DNA of 64,000 nucleotides, taken from a bacterium (lineage in GTDB: Bacteria > Joyebacterota > Joyebacteria > Joyebacterales > Joyebacteraceae). Below, one piece after another: positions 17,564 to 27,140 of this stretch. The DNA is taken from contig JAPEKQ010000002.1 in NCBI GenBank assembly GCA_029990205.1, positions 32,845-96,844 on the forward strand, given 5' to 3'. The position numbers and the translations under genes were made by a program. The notes beneath the pieces are model-generated. The model was not told where the DNA came from. It searched no databases and was given only the letters and a program-made list of their open reading frames with translations. Numbering within the stretch: the stretch's first letter is position 1; the number at the start of each line of letters is the position of its first letter.

Positions 17564-18331
17564 TCAGCGCGATCCCTTCGTCTTGATCCCGCCGAACCTT
17601 CGGTCGCGCCCCTGGTAGTCGGCGATCGCCTCGTACAGGTTGCGCCGCCGGAAGTCCGGCCAGAGAACATCGGTGATGTAGATCTCGGTGTACGCGATCT
17701 GCCAGAGAAGGAAGTTGGAGATCCGTAGCTCGCCGCTCGTGCGGACGAGCAGGTCGGGGTCGGGCAGATCGGGACAGTAGAGCCGCGCGCGGACCGCATC
17801 CTCGTCGATGTCCTTCGGACGCAGACCGCCCTTCGCCGCGTCACGGGCGATCGACCGGAAGGCGTCGAGCAGCTCCGCCCTGCCCCCGTAGCTCAGCGCG
17901 AGCGTCAGACGGAGCCCGTCGTTGCCGTCGAGCTGCCGAATGCACCGGTCGAGACGCGAGCGTGCGTACTTGGGAAGAAGGTCGAGTCGGCCGATGGCGT
18001 TCAGACTGATGTTGTTCTCGGCCATCACGGAGACCTGTTCCTGGAGCGTCTGGTCGAGCAGGTGCATCAGAGCGGACACCTCGGCTCTCGGCCGCGTCCA
18101 GTTCTCCATGGAGAACGTGTAGAGCGTCAGATCAGTGAGCCCCAGCTCGGCGCTCGCGGTGACGATGTCGCGCACGGACTCCCGCGCGGCGGCGTGCCCG
18201 GCCACGCGCGGCAGGTGACGCTTCCGCGCCCAGCGGCCGTTGCCGTCCATGATGATGGCAACGTGCGCCGGGAGTCTTGCCATGTCGACGCCGTACGCCT
18301 CAGGCGTGTCGGTCTTCCTGCTCTTCGCCAT
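17564..18331 (-). CDS. uppS: Isoprenyl transferase (undecaprenyl-diphosphate synthase)
   Basis: MAKSRKTD...LPAHVAIIMDGNGRWA...YTFSMENWTRP...LLVRTSGELRISNFLLWQIAYTEIY. The ATG at 18331 is preferred over the track's TTG at 18388. Confidence 0.9.
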   Translation of the reverse strand: MAKSRKTDTPEAYGVDMARLPAHVAIIMDGNGRWARKRHLPRVAGHAAARESVRDIVTASAELGLTDLTLYTFSMENWTRPRAEVSALMHLLDQTLQEQVSVMAENNISLNAIGRLDLLPKYARSRLDRCIRQLDGNDGLRLTLALSYGGRAELLDAFRSIARDAAKGGLRPKDIDEDAVRARLYCPDLPDPDLLVRTSGELRISNFLLWQIAYTEIYITDVLWPDFRRRNLYEAIADYQGRDRRFGGIKTKGSR

Positions 18332-18409
18332 GCCCCTGTCCCTGTTGTGGCTGGGCGGCCGGCCGAAGCCGGCCGCCCGGGCCATCAATGCTGCTGTTCC
18401 GACAGAGCG

Positions 18410-18580
18410 CTAGCCCTGCTTGATCGCGTCGAACGGACACTCGTCCGCGCAGAGACCGCAGTCCGTGCATGCGTCGGGGTCGATCTTGTACTTGTCCGGA
18501 CCTTCCGAGATCGCCTCGACCGGACAGACGGGTGCGCACGCGCCACAGGACGTGCATTCGTCGGAGATCACGTATGCCAT
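18410..18580 (-). CDS. fdx: 4Fe-4S ferredoxin (2x[4Fe-4S], 56 aa). Missed by the ORF track because it is under 60 aa
   Basis: Manual translation MAYVISDECTSCGACAPVCPVEAISEGPDKYKIDPDACTDCGLCADECPFDAIKQG, with two CxxCxxCxxxCP motifs. AGGAGG RBS. Confidence 0.8.
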   Translation of the reverse strand: MAYVISDECTSCGACAPVCPVEAISEGPDKYKIDPDACTDCGLCADECPFDAIKQG

Positions 18581-18637
18581 AGGTAGCCTCCTTTGTTGGG
18601 TTCCACTGCTTTGCCCCGGTCCAGAACGCCGCAGCGA

Positions 18638-19195
18638 CTAGACCTCCATCAGCTCTTTCTCCTTCGCGGCGAGAGACTTGTCGATCTCGCCGATGTGCTC
18701 GTCGGTCATGTTCTGCACTGTCGTGTCGTGCGCGCGGTGGAAATCGTCCTCCGAGATGTCGCCCGCGGTTTTCATCTTCTTGAGCGACTCGTTGGCGTCG
18801 CGCCGGATGTTCCGCACGGAGACCCGCCCCTCTTCGGCGAGCTTGTGGACGTACCGCACCATCTCCTTGCGACGCTCCTCCGTCAGCGCGGGGATGGGAA
18901 CGCGGATGATGTTGCCGTCGTTCGACGGGTTCAGTCCGAGGTCGGCCTTGAGGATCGCCTTCTCCACGTCACCGAGGATGCTCCTGTCCCACGGCTGCAC
19001 GACCAGCAGTCGCGCTTCGGGGACGCTGATGTTCGCCACCTGCCTGAGCGGCACGGTGCTTCCGTACGCTTCGAGCCTCACACCGTCGAGCAGCGACACG
19101 GTCGCCTTGCCGGTGCGGATCTTCGCCAGCTCACGACGTACCGCCTCGACAGCCTTGTCCATTCTTTCACTGGTCTGAGCGAAAAGCTCATCCAT
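18638..19195 (-). CDS. frr: Ribosome-recycling factor
   Basis: MDELFAQTSERMDKAVEAVRRELAKIRTGKA... Confidence 0.95.
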   Translation of the reverse strand: MDELFAQTSERMDKAVEAVRRELAKIRTGKATVSLLDGVRLEAYGSTVPLRQVANISVPEARLLVVQPWDRSILGDVEKAILKADLGLNPSNDGNIIRVPIPALTEERRKEMVRYVHKLAEEGRVSVRNIRRDANESLKKMKTAGDISEDDFHRAHDTTVQNMTDEHIGEIDKSLAAKEKELMEV

Positions 19196-19198
19196 CAG

Positions 19199-19912
19199 CT
19201 AGACCTCCTTGACCAGGGTTCCGATGGTCTCGCCCTCCACCACGCGACGGATGTTGCCGTCCTGGAAGAGGTCGAAGACCACGATAGGCACCCCAATATC
19301 GCGACAGAGCGAGAACGCCGTCATGTCCATGACGCCGAGCCGCTTCTCGATCACCTCGAGAAACGCGATCTCATCGAATCTCTTTGCATCGGGATGGGTG
19401 GCCGGGTCGGCGTCGTAGACGCCGTCGGCCTTCGTACCCTTGAGGAGCGCGTGCGCGCCGACCTCGGCCGCCCTGAGGGCCGCCGCCGTGTCGGTGCTGA
19501 AGAACGGGTTGCCCGTGCCGCCCGCGAACATCACGACCGTTCCGTTCGCGAGAAGGTCACGCGCGCGCCGCGCGTCGAACAGCTCCGCGACCGCGCCCAT
19601 GGGCCGGGCCGTCATCACAACGGCCGGCTGCCCCTGCTCCTCGAGTGCAAGTCTGAGGGCAAGCGCGTTGATGACCGTCCCCAGCATGCCCATGCCGTCC
19701 GCGGTCACGCGGTCGCTCCCACCGCCCGCGGCAACCGCGCCGCGGATGATGTTCCCGCCACCTATCACAACGCCGACCTCGGCGCCAGCCGCTGTCGCGC
19801 CGCGAATCTCGCCGGCAAGCCACGCCGCCGATTCGGCAGAGACCGGGGCCCCGTCCGCACCGCGGAGGGACTCGCCGCTCACCTTGAGAATGACACGCCC
19901 GTACGCAGCCAT
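19199..19912 (-). CDS. pyrH: UMP kinase
   Basis: MAAYGRVILKVSGESL...GGGNIIRG...VMFAGGTGNPFFSTDTAAALRAAE. Confidence 0.95.
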   Translation of the reverse strand: MAAYGRVILKVSGESLRGADGAPVSAESAAWLAGEIRGATAAGAEVGVVIGGGNIIRGAVAAGGGSDRVTADGMGMLGTVINALALRLALEEQGQPAVVMTARPMGAVAELFDARRARDLLANGTVVMFAGGTGNPFFSTDTAAALRAAEVGAHALLKGTKADGVYDADPATHPDAKRFDEIAFLEVIEKRLGVMDMTAFSLCRDIGVPIVVFDLFQDGNIRRVVEGETIGTLVKEV

Positions 19913-19963
19913 CTGGAGAGTCTCAAACTCCTTGTTCGTGTCCGACGCCCCGCATGAGAAGAC

Positions 19964-20566
19964 CTACTTGGACTCCTCGCCGAGCTTCATCCGAACGAAC
20001 CGGCCGATCCGCATGTTCTCACCGAGCTGGCCGATGGTCTGCTTGACGAAGTCCTCGACCGTCAGGTCCCCGTCCTTCACGAACGGCTGCTCGAGAAGAC
20101 AGGCCTGAGAGTAGAACTTGTCGATGCGTCCGTCCACAATCTTGTCGATAACCTTCTCGGGCTTGCCGGACTCGAGCGCCTCGGCTCGGAACATCTCCCG
20201 CTCCTTGTCGAGGATGTCAGCGGGGAGATCCTCACGCGACACGACGCGCGGATTCTGCGCGGCGATGTGCATGGCGACGTCCTTCGCGAACGCCTGGAAC
20301 TCGTCGGTGCGCGCGACGAAGTCCGTCTCGCACATGATCTCGACGAGCACGGCGAGCTTCGAGCCCGCGTGCACGTACGACGCGACGATGCCCTCGCCCG
20401 TCTTCCGCTCGGCCTTCTTCGCGGCCTTGAGCATGCCCTTCTTGCGCAGGTAGTCGGCGGCCTCTTCGAGGTTGCCGTTCGTGGCTCCGAGCGCCTCCTT
20501 GCAGTCCATGATGCCGGCGCCGGTCTGTGTTCTCAGTTCCTTGACCTGAACAGCGTTGATCTCCAT
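19964..20566 (-). CDS. tsf: Elongation factor Ts
   Basis: MEINAVQVKELRTQTGAGIMDCKEAL... Confidence 0.95.
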   Translation of the reverse strand: MEINAVQVKELRTQTGAGIMDCKEALGATNGNLEEAADYLRKKGMLKAAKKAERKTGEGIVASYVHAGSKLAVLVEIMCETDFVARTDEFQAFAKDVAMHIAAQNPRVVSREDLPADILDKEREMFRAEALESGKPEKVIDKIVDGRIDKFYSQACLLEQPFVKDGDLTVEDFVKQTIGQLGENMRIGRFVRMKLGEESK

Positions 20567-20658
20567 CTCGTTTCTCCGGGTATCTCGTGTGTTGGGTGTC
20601 GCACACGCGCGGACCGGGCGACCTGACGGCCACTCCCTGTCCGCACGGCGTGAATCGT

Positions 20659-21462
20659 CTAGTTCGTCGGGGTCTCTCCGGACGCGGCCTCAGCGGCGAC
20701 GGTCTCACCGGCGTCCGCGGGAGGCGTGGCCTCCGCGGTCACGGCGGCTTCCGGCGTCACGGTGTCGCGGCCTTCGTTCTTCGCCGCGCTCGCTTCGAGC
20801 ACGCAGTCGGCGACGAAGGCGGAGAACAGCCGGATCGACCTGATGGCGTCATCGTTGCCCGGGATCGGGTAGTCGATCGGGTCCGGATCGGCGTTCGTGT
20901 CGAGCACGCCGACGATCGGGATGCCAAGCTTGCCCGCTTCGTTCACGGCGATGTCCTCACGCCGCGAATCGACGATGAAGAGAAGGCCGGGCATCTTGGT
21001 CATGTCGCGAATACCGTCGAGCACGTTGGCAAGCTTCGCGCGCTTCTTCTCGTGCGTGAGCACCTCGCGCTTGTTGAGCAGGTCGAACGTCCCGTCCTGC
21101 GCCATGCGCTCGATGTCGAGGAGTCGTGCGATGCTCTTCTTCACGGTCGCGAGGTTCGTGAGCGTGCCACCGAGCCAGCGCTCGGTCATGTAGAGCTGAC
21201 CGCAGCGGATCGCCTCTTCGCGGACGATCGCCTTGCCCTGCTTCTTCGTGCACACGAACAGGACCTTGTCGCCCTTCCGGACGCAGTCCTGGATGACCGT
21301 CTTGGCCTTCTGCATGCAGTCGAGGGTCTTCGCGAGGTCGATGATGTGGATCCCGTTGCGGCGCATGAAGATGAACGGCCGCATCTTGGGATTCCAGCGG
21401 TGGGTCTGATGACCGAAGTGAGCTCCGGACTCCAGGAGCTCTCTCATTTCTGGAACTGCCAT
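20659..21462 (-). CDS. rpsB: 30S ribosomal protein S2
   Basis: MAVPEMRELLESGAHFGHQTHRWNPKMRPFIF... Acidic Ala/Glu/Thr-rich C-terminal tail. Confidence 0.95.
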   Translation of the reverse strand: MAVPEMRELLESGAHFGHQTHRWNPKMRPFIFMRRNGIHIIDLAKTLDCMQKAKTVIQDCVRKGDKVLFVCTKKQGKAIVREEAIRCGQLYMTERWLGGTLTNLATVKKSIARLLDIERMAQDGTFDLLNKREVLTHEKKRAKLANVLDGIRDMTKMPGLLFIVDSRREDIAVNEAGKLGIPIVGVLDTNADPDPIDYPIPGNDDAIRSIRLFSAFVADCVLEASAAKNEGRDTVTPEAAVTAEATPPADAGETVAAEAASGETPTN

Positions 21463-21589
21463 GATGTACTTCCCCTCTGTGTCGGTTTCGCCTCCGCGGT
21501 CATCAACCCGCCGTGGGCCGCGGAGCGGATGCTCCTGCGGACCCCCCACGTCGGTCCGACCGCGTGTGAGATTACCCCGCCTGCCCCAG

Positions 21590-21610
21590 CCGGCATCATG
21601 ACGATGCCGG
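21590..21610 (-). terminator. Perfect hairpin CCGGCAUC-GUCAU-GAUGCCGG between rpsI and rpsB (terminator or attenuator candidate)
   Basis: 8-bp perfect stem with 5-nt loop, seen directly. No strong U-tract. Confidence 0.35.
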
Positions 21611-21633
21611 GCGGACCGAGGCGTGGGCTGCTG

Positions 21634-22023
21634 CTACCTCTTCGAGAACTGGAACTTCTTCCGAGCGCCGGGCTGACCGGGCTTCTTCCGTTCCTTCATC
21701 CGCGAGTCTCTGGTCAGCAGTCCATCCTGCTTCAGAGGCTTGCGGTAGCTCTCGTCCACCTTGACGAGCGCGCGAGCGATCCCCAACCTCACGGCTCCAG
21801 CCTGCCCCGTCACCCCACCACCGTTGACGCTCGCCACGATGTCGTAGCGGTCGCCGGTCGAGGTCACTTCAAGCGGCCGGACGATATCGGTGATGAGTGT
21901 CTTCCGGGGGAAGAACTCATCGATCGACTTCCCGTTGATCGTCTTCTGACCGGTGCCCGGGACGAGCCGGACGCGCGCGATCGCCTCCTTCCGCCTGCCT
22001 ACTGCCTGGAAGGTATTGGCCAT
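21634..22023 (-). CDS. rpsI: 30S ribosomal protein S9
   Basis: MANTFQAVGRRKEAIARVRL...ARKKFQFSKR. AGGAG RBS 7 nt upstream of the ATG at 22023. Confidence 0.95.
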   Translation of the reverse strand: MANTFQAVGRRKEAIARVRLVPGTGQKTINGKSIDEFFPRKTLITDIVRPLEVTSTGDRYDIVASVNGGGVTGQAGAVRLGIARALVKVDESYRKPLKQDGLLTRDSRMKERKKPGQPGARKKFQFSKR

Positions 22024-22086
22024 CGATGTGCTCCTTTCGAACATCCCGCCGCCCGAAGGCGGCTCTTGTCGTCGGACAAGCCGACG

Positions 22087-22521
22087 CTAACCCTTGAGTT
22101 CGTATGTCTCCGGCTGCTGTGCCGTGTGCGGATGCTCCGGGCCCGCGTAGACGCGAAGCTTCTTGAGCATCTTCCTGCCGAGCTTGTTCTTCGGAAGCAT
22201 CCCGCGAACCGCACGGCGCACGACCTCGTCCGGACGCTCATCCATGAGCCGGCGCATCGTCTTGAACTTCGCGCCGCCCGGATGACCACTGTGCCGGAAG
22301 TACGTCTTCTGGTCGAGCTTGCTGCCTGTCACCTCGATCTTCGCGGCGTTGACCACGATGACGAAGTCGCCCGTATCGAGATGCGGCGAGTAGTTGACCT
22401 TCCCCTTGCCACGGAGAAGACCAGCAACCTCGGTCGAGAGTCTACCGAGGATCTTGCCCTCGGCATCCACGACGTAGTGCTTCCGCTCGATCTCAGAGGC
22501 CTTGGTGATGTGTGTAGACAT
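22087..22521 (-). CDS. rplM: 50S ribosomal protein L13
   Basis: MSTHITKASEIERKHYVVDAEGKILGRLSTEVA... Confidence 0.95.
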   Translation of the reverse strand: MSTHITKASEIERKHYVVDAEGKILGRLSTEVAGLLRGKGKVNYSPHLDTGDFVIVVNAAKIEVTGSKLDQKTYFRHSGHPGGAKFKTMRRLMDERPDEVVRRAVRGMLPKNKLGRKMLKKLRVYAGPEHPHTAQQPETYELKG

Positions 22522-22804
22522 CCAGTGTTCCTCCACAACCGGTGAGCCGACTTTCGCACCCACGTCCCCGGGCGCACCTCAGGTGCACACCGTTGCACGC
22601 GCCTGCGACATGCAGACACACCGCTCCGTCTGTCCGGCGGTCGTTTCGACCGGCGGAACGTGTGATCCGGCTCCCTCCGCGTTGTCGGGTGCACATCGGA
22701 AGCCTCAGAAGCCCCATCCCTCCGGCGATGTCGGATTCCGGAAACGGAAGGGACCTGTAGCACGAACCTGAAATACTAACAGCGAGAGCCCTGTCTGTCA
22801 AGGC

Positions 22805-23851
22805 TCATGAACTACGGTCTTTCCGGAAGAGCGTCTCCCCGAATGGAGGCTCAAACACCCCCACATCGGTGATAATGGCCGCCACGAGCTCCGCCGGCGT
22901 CACATCGAAGGCCGGATTGAAGGCGGCCACGCCCTCGGGGGCCGTCCGGCACCCCCCGAACCCGGTCACCTCGTCGGCTGAGCGTTCCTCAATCGGGATC
23001 TCTTCCCCGGTCGCGAGGCTCGCGTCGAGCGTCGAGTACGGGGCCGCCACGTAGAACGGGACGCCGTGTCGCTTCGCGGCGAGGGCCAGCGGGTACGTCC
23101 CGATCTTGTTCGCGACATCGCCGTTCCCTGCGATCCGGTCGGCGCCGACGATGACCTTGTCGACCAATCCCCGCGCCATCGCCGACGCGGCGGCGCTGTC
23201 GCAGAGCAGCGTGACGTCGATCCCGTGCTCCATCAGCTCCCACGCCGTCAGCCGGGCGCCCTGGAGAAGCGGACGGGTCTCATCGGCGAACACGCGGATC
23301 TTCTTCCCCTCCTCCACCGCCGTGTAGATGACGGCCAGCGCCGTCCCGTACTCCGCCGTGGCGAGACCGCCCGCGTTGCAGTGCGTGAGCACACCGTCGC
23401 CGTCGGCGAGAAGGGCCGCTCCGTGCCTGCCGATCGCACGACAGAGCAGACGGTCCTCCTCCAGAATGGCGATCGCCTCTGCCACGAGCGCGTCGCGGAC
23501 GGCGTCCGCGGTCGCGTTGGCGGGGTCGTCGAGGATCCGGAGCGAACGGTCGATGGCCCACGTGAGATTGACGGCGGTCGGTCGCGTCGCCGCGAGGTGG
23601 GCCGCGGCCTCACGGACGCACGAACGCAGTTCGTCGGTCGAGGTCGCGTCGCACTCGAGCGCGGCGAGGGCGACACCCATCGCGCCGGCGACGCCGATGG
23701 CCGGAGCGCCGCGCACCTCGAGCCGCTTGATGCTCTCACCGAGCCGACGGAAGTCGTCGGTCTCGACGTGCACGAGTTCACCCGGTAGTCGGGTCTGGTC
23801 GACGAGACGGACCCGTCCGTCTCGCCACTCGATCGTTCTGATGTGGTCCAT
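22805..23851 (-). CDS. mtnA: S-methyl-5-thioribose-1-phosphate isomerase (eIF-2B alpha/beta/delta-like family)
   Basis: MDHIRTIEWRDGRVRLVDQTRLP...VRGAPAIGVAGAMG...VIVGADRIAGNGDVANKIGTY. GGAGG RBS. Confidence 0.85.
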   Translation of the reverse strand: MDHIRTIEWRDGRVRLVDQTRLPGELVHVETDDFRRLGESIKRLEVRGAPAIGVAGAMGVALAALECDATSTDELRSCVREAAAHLAATRPTAVNLTWAIDRSLRILDDPANATADAVRDALVAEAIAILEEDRLLCRAIGRHGAALLADGDGVLTHCNAGGLATAEYGTALAVIYTAVEEGKKIRVFADETRPLLQGARLTAWELMEHGIDVTLLCDSAAASAMARGLVDKVIVGADRIAGNGDVANKIGTYPLALAAKRHGVPFYVAAPYSTLDASLATGEEIPIEERSADEVTGFGGCRTAPEGVAAFNPAFDVTPAELVAAIITDVGVFEPPFGETLFRKDRSS

Positions 23852-23866
23852 CGTTCCTCCGGGCTG

Positions 23867-24481
23867 TCAGGATGTGTGATTGAGGCAGTCGAGCTGCTTG
23901 AGGACGTCGCAGAGGCGGACGACGGGAAGGCCGACAACGTTGTAGAAGCACCCCCGGACCTGTTCGACGAGCGCCGCGCCGCAGTCCTGGATGGCGTACG
24001 CTCCGGCCTTGTCGAGCGGTTCCCCGCCGGCGACGTAGGCGGCGATCTCACCTTCTTCGAGGAACCGGATGAAGACGTCCGTCCCCTCTACGCCTCCCGC
24101 GCTCGCGCCGTCGGAACAGCGCATCGCCGCGACGCCCGTGTAGACCTCATGCCAGCGACCGCGAAGCATCGTGAGCATCTCGATCGCGTGCTCGGGATCC
24201 CGCGGCTTGCCGAGCAGCTCGCCGTCGAGCACGACAATGGTGTCGGCGGCTATGATGGTGCCTTCGTCATAGCGACCCGCGACCGTCGCGGCCTTGAGCC
24301 ACGCGAGCCTCCGAACGTGTTCGACCGGAGTCTCGTCATCGAGCGCCGTCTCATCCGCATCAGGCACATCGATGACGAACTCGAGCCCGAGCCCGGCGAG
24401 GATGCGCTTCCTCCGCGGAGACCCCGACCCGAGGATCAGGGGACTCTCGGTCACGAGACTGTCCATCAGCGCGCAGTTCAT
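23867..24481 (-). CDS. maf: Maf-like nucleoside triphosphate pyrophosphatase (septum formation protein Maf)
   Basis: ...[22 protein letters not shown]... The ATG at 24481 overlaps the dtd stop (ATGA). Alternative ATG at 24466. Confidence 0.85.
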   Translation of the reverse strand: MNCALMDSLVTESPLILGSGSPRRKRILAGLGLEFVIDVPDADETALDDETPVEHVRRLAWLKAATVAGRYDEGTIIAADTIVVLDGELLGKPRDPEHAIEMLTMLRGRWHEVYTGVAAMRCSDGASAGGVEGTDVFIRFLEEGEIAAYVAGGEPLDKAGAYAIQDCGAALVEQVRGCFYNVVGLPVVRLCDVLKQLDCLNHTS

Positions 24482-24954
24482 GAGGCGTCGCCTCCGCGCC
24501 GCGGTCTCTGACGCTCCGCGCTGTCGAGGATGATGGTCACCGGGCCGTCGTTCACGAGGCTCACCGACATCTTCGCCCCGAACCGACCCGTCTCGACGGT
24601 GAGCCCCTCGGCGCGAAGAAGCTCCGCGAACCGGTCACACATCGCCTCCGCCGCCTCCGGGTCCTCGGCGCCGGTGAAGCTCGGGCGCCGGCCCTTCCGA
24701 CAGTCGGCGAGCAGCGTGAACTGTGACACGAGCAGAACCGAACCGTTCGACTCGACGACGGAGTCGTTCATCCGTCCCTCCGCGTCCTCGAGTATGCGGA
24801 GCCCCGCGCACTTCGACGCGAGCCACCGCGCGTCCTCGTCGGTGTCGCCCTGCGCGACGCCGAGCAGCACGAGCAGCCCGCTGTGAATCGCGCCGACGTT
24901 CTCGCCGTCAACGGTGACACGGGCCTCGGTGACTCTCTGGATGACCGCTCTCAC
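24478..24954 (-). CDS. dtd: D-aminoacyl-tRNA deacylase
   Basis: (GTG) [32 protein letters not shown]...SQFTL. Confidence 0.9.
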   Translation of the reverse strand: MRAVIQRVTEARVTVDGENVGAIHSGLLVLLGVAQGDTDEDARWLASKCAGLRILEDAEGRMNDSVVESNGSVLLVSQFTLLADCRKGRRPSFTGAEDPEAAEAMCDRFAELLRAEGLTVETGRFGAKMSVSLVNDGPVTIILDSAERQRPRRGGDAS

Positions 24955-24966
24955 GTACCGCTCCCT

Positions 24967-27099
24967 CTATCGCTCGCGGATCGTCCGTCTCCGCTCGACG
25001 CACTTGACGCCCTTGAGCGAAGAGATGGTCTTCATCAGTTTCTTGAGCCGGTGCAGGTTCCCGACGTAGACCCGGAACCTCGCGACGGCCTGTCCGTCCT
25101 CGGACGTCATGCTCGCCGCCGACACCTCGATCCCCTGGTCGGCAATGGCGCGGGAAACATCGGCGAGGAAGCCGTGCGACAGGTCACCCTTGACGATGAA
25201 CCCGGCCGGGAATGTGCGCCCCTCCCCGACATCCCACGACACGTCGATCTTGTGCTGCTCATCGATCGACGGCCCGAAGGTGTTCGGACAGTCGACGCGA
25301 TGGATCGAGATGCCGCGGCCTCGTGTGATGATGCCGACGATACGGTCCCCCGGAACCGGCAGACAGCACTTCGCGAAGTGCGTCATCAGGTCACCCACCC
25401 CGTCGATCCTGATCCCGGTGTCACCGCTTCGCCGCACGCGTCGCGTCAGCCGCTCCACGAGTTCGCGGGCCTTCCCCGACTCGGGCCGCAGCTTCCTCAC
25501 CAGCTCGCCGACGGAGACATCACCCCGGCCGACCGCGGCCGTGAGCTCCTGCGCTCCCTCGAATCCGAAGCTCTGCGCGATGTCGTCGAGCGCTATCTCC
25601 CTGCCCTTGACGCCGAGCTTCTTCACCTCGCGATCGATGATCTTGCGGCCGAGCATGAGACTCTCGTTGTCGACCTGCTCCCTGAGGTAATGACGGATCT
25701 TGCTGCGCGCCCGCGAGGTCGCGACGACGCCGAGCCAGTCGCGACTCGGACGCGCCGAATCGGACGTGACGATCTCGACCCGGTCGCCGCTGGCGAGCTC
25801 GTGCTTGAGCGAGACGAGCCGCCCGTTCACGCGCGCGCCGGCGCAGCTGTCTCCGACCGCGGTGTGGATGGCGTACGCGAAGTCGATCGGGGTCGAGCCG
25901 CGGGCGAGCTGCTTGAGATCGCCGTTGGGCGTGAACACGAAGATCTCGTCCTGGTAGAGATCGATCTTCAGCGCCTCGAGGAATTCGTGAGCCTCCGTGA
26001 GGTCGATGTTTCCCTCGAGAAGCTGCCGCACCCAGGCCAGACTGCGCTTGAGATCCTCGTCGCCGGGCCGGCCTTCCTTGTACTGCCAGTGCGCGGCGAT
26101 GCCGAACTCGGCCTGCTCGTGCATCTCACGGGTCCTGATCTGGATCTCGAACAGCCGGCCGTGCGGACCGAAGACGGTGGTGTGGAGCGCGCGATACCCG
26201 TTGAGCTTCGGCGTCGCGATGTAGTCCTTGATGCGGTCGTGGACCGGTCTGTACAGCGTGTGAACGATCCCGAAGACGCGGTAGCACTCCTCGACGGAGT
26301 CGGTGATGATACGGACCGCGACGAGGTCGTAGATCTCATCGAACCGCTTCTTCCGAACCCGCATCTTCCGATGGATGCTCATCAGATGCTTGATGCGCCC
26401 GCCGATCTGCGCCTGAATGCCCTCGCTCTCGAGCTTCGCGCTCAGCGGGACGACGAGTTCGTCGATCGAGGCGGCCCGCTCGGCGCGCGTCTCCCGCACG
26501 AGCGTCACCAGCTCGCGGTAGTCCTCGGGTTCGAGCCACTTGAACGCGAGGTCCTCGAGTTCACGCTGGATCCTCGCCATACCGAACCGGCCGGCGAGCG
26601 GCGCGTAGATGTCGCGGGTCTCGTGCGAGATGCGTTCGATCTGGTCGGGTCTGAGGTGCTCAATGGTCCGCATGTTGTGCAGGCGGTCGCCGAGCTTGAT
26701 GAGAAGGACGCGCACGTCGCGGACGACCGAAAGGAGCATCTTCCGGAAATTCTCCGCCTGCTCTCGCTCGCGGCTCTCGAATCGCAGTCCGGCGATCTTG
26801 GTGACGCCGTCGACGAGCCCGGCGATCTCCTCGCCGAACTCCTCACGAAGCTGCTCGAGCGTGGTGTCGGTCTCTTCGAGGACGTCGTGGAGCAGCGCTC
26901 CCGCGACGGTCGCGGTATCGAGGCAGAGTTCGGCGAGGATCGCGGCCGCCTCCTCGGCGTGCTCGACGTACGGCCCGCCGGACTTCCGCTTCTGCCCCTC
27001 GTGCGCCTGCACCGCGAACGCGTGCGCCTTCTCAACGAGATCGACGTCGAGTCTCGGGTCGCGTTCGATCAATCTTCTTGAGTAGGCGCTCTGAGTCAT
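24967..27099 (-). CDS. rel: Bifunctional (p)ppGpp synthetase/hydrolase Rel/SpoT
   Basis: 710 aa. HD domain (...ALLHDVLEETDT...), RelA/SpoT synthetase region, TGS and ACT regions. Confidence 0.9.
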   Translation of the reverse strand: MTQSAYSRRLIERDPRLDVDLVEKAHAFAVQAHEGQKRKSGGPYVEHAEEAAAILAELCLDTATVAGALLHDVLEETDTTLEQLREEFGEEIAGLVDGVTKIAGLRFESREREQAENFRKMLLSVVRDVRVLLIKLGDRLHNMRTIEHLRPDQIERISHETRDIYAPLAGRFGMARIQRELEDLAFKWLEPEDYRELVTLVRETRAERAASIDELVVPLSAKLESEGIQAQIGGRIKHLMSIHRKMRVRKKRFDEIYDLVAVRIITDSVEECYRVFGIVHTLYRPVHDRIKDYIATPKLNGYRALHTTVFGPHGRLFEIQIRTREMHEQAEFGIAAHWQYKEGRPGDEDLKRSLAWVRQLLEGNIDLTEAHEFLEALKIDLYQDEIFVFTPNGDLKQLARGSTPIDFAYAIHTAVGDSCAGARVNGRLVSLKHELASGDRVEIVTSDSARPSRDWLGVVATSRARSKIRHYLREQVDNESLMLGRKIIDREVKKLGVKGREIALDDIAQSFGFEGAQELTAAVGRGDVSVGELVRKLRPESGKARELVERLTRRVRRSGDTGIRIDGVGDLMTHFAKCCLPVPGDRIVGIITRGRGISIHRVDCPNTFGPSIDEQHKIDVSWDVGEGRTFPAGFIVKGDLSHGFLADVSRAIADQGIEVSAASMTSEDGQAVARFRVYVGNLHRLKKLMKTISSLKGVKCVERRRTIRER

Positions 27100-27140
27100 T
27101 GGATCACGCGTGGATAGGTGGGGATGCGAAACCTGAGGCG

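Noticed and set aside
20587-22545. 652-aa plus-strand ORF
   Set aside because: Antisense to rpsB, rpsI and rplM. GC-skew artefact.
24883-27081. 732-aa plus-strand ORF
   Set aside because: Antisense to rel. GC-skew artefact.
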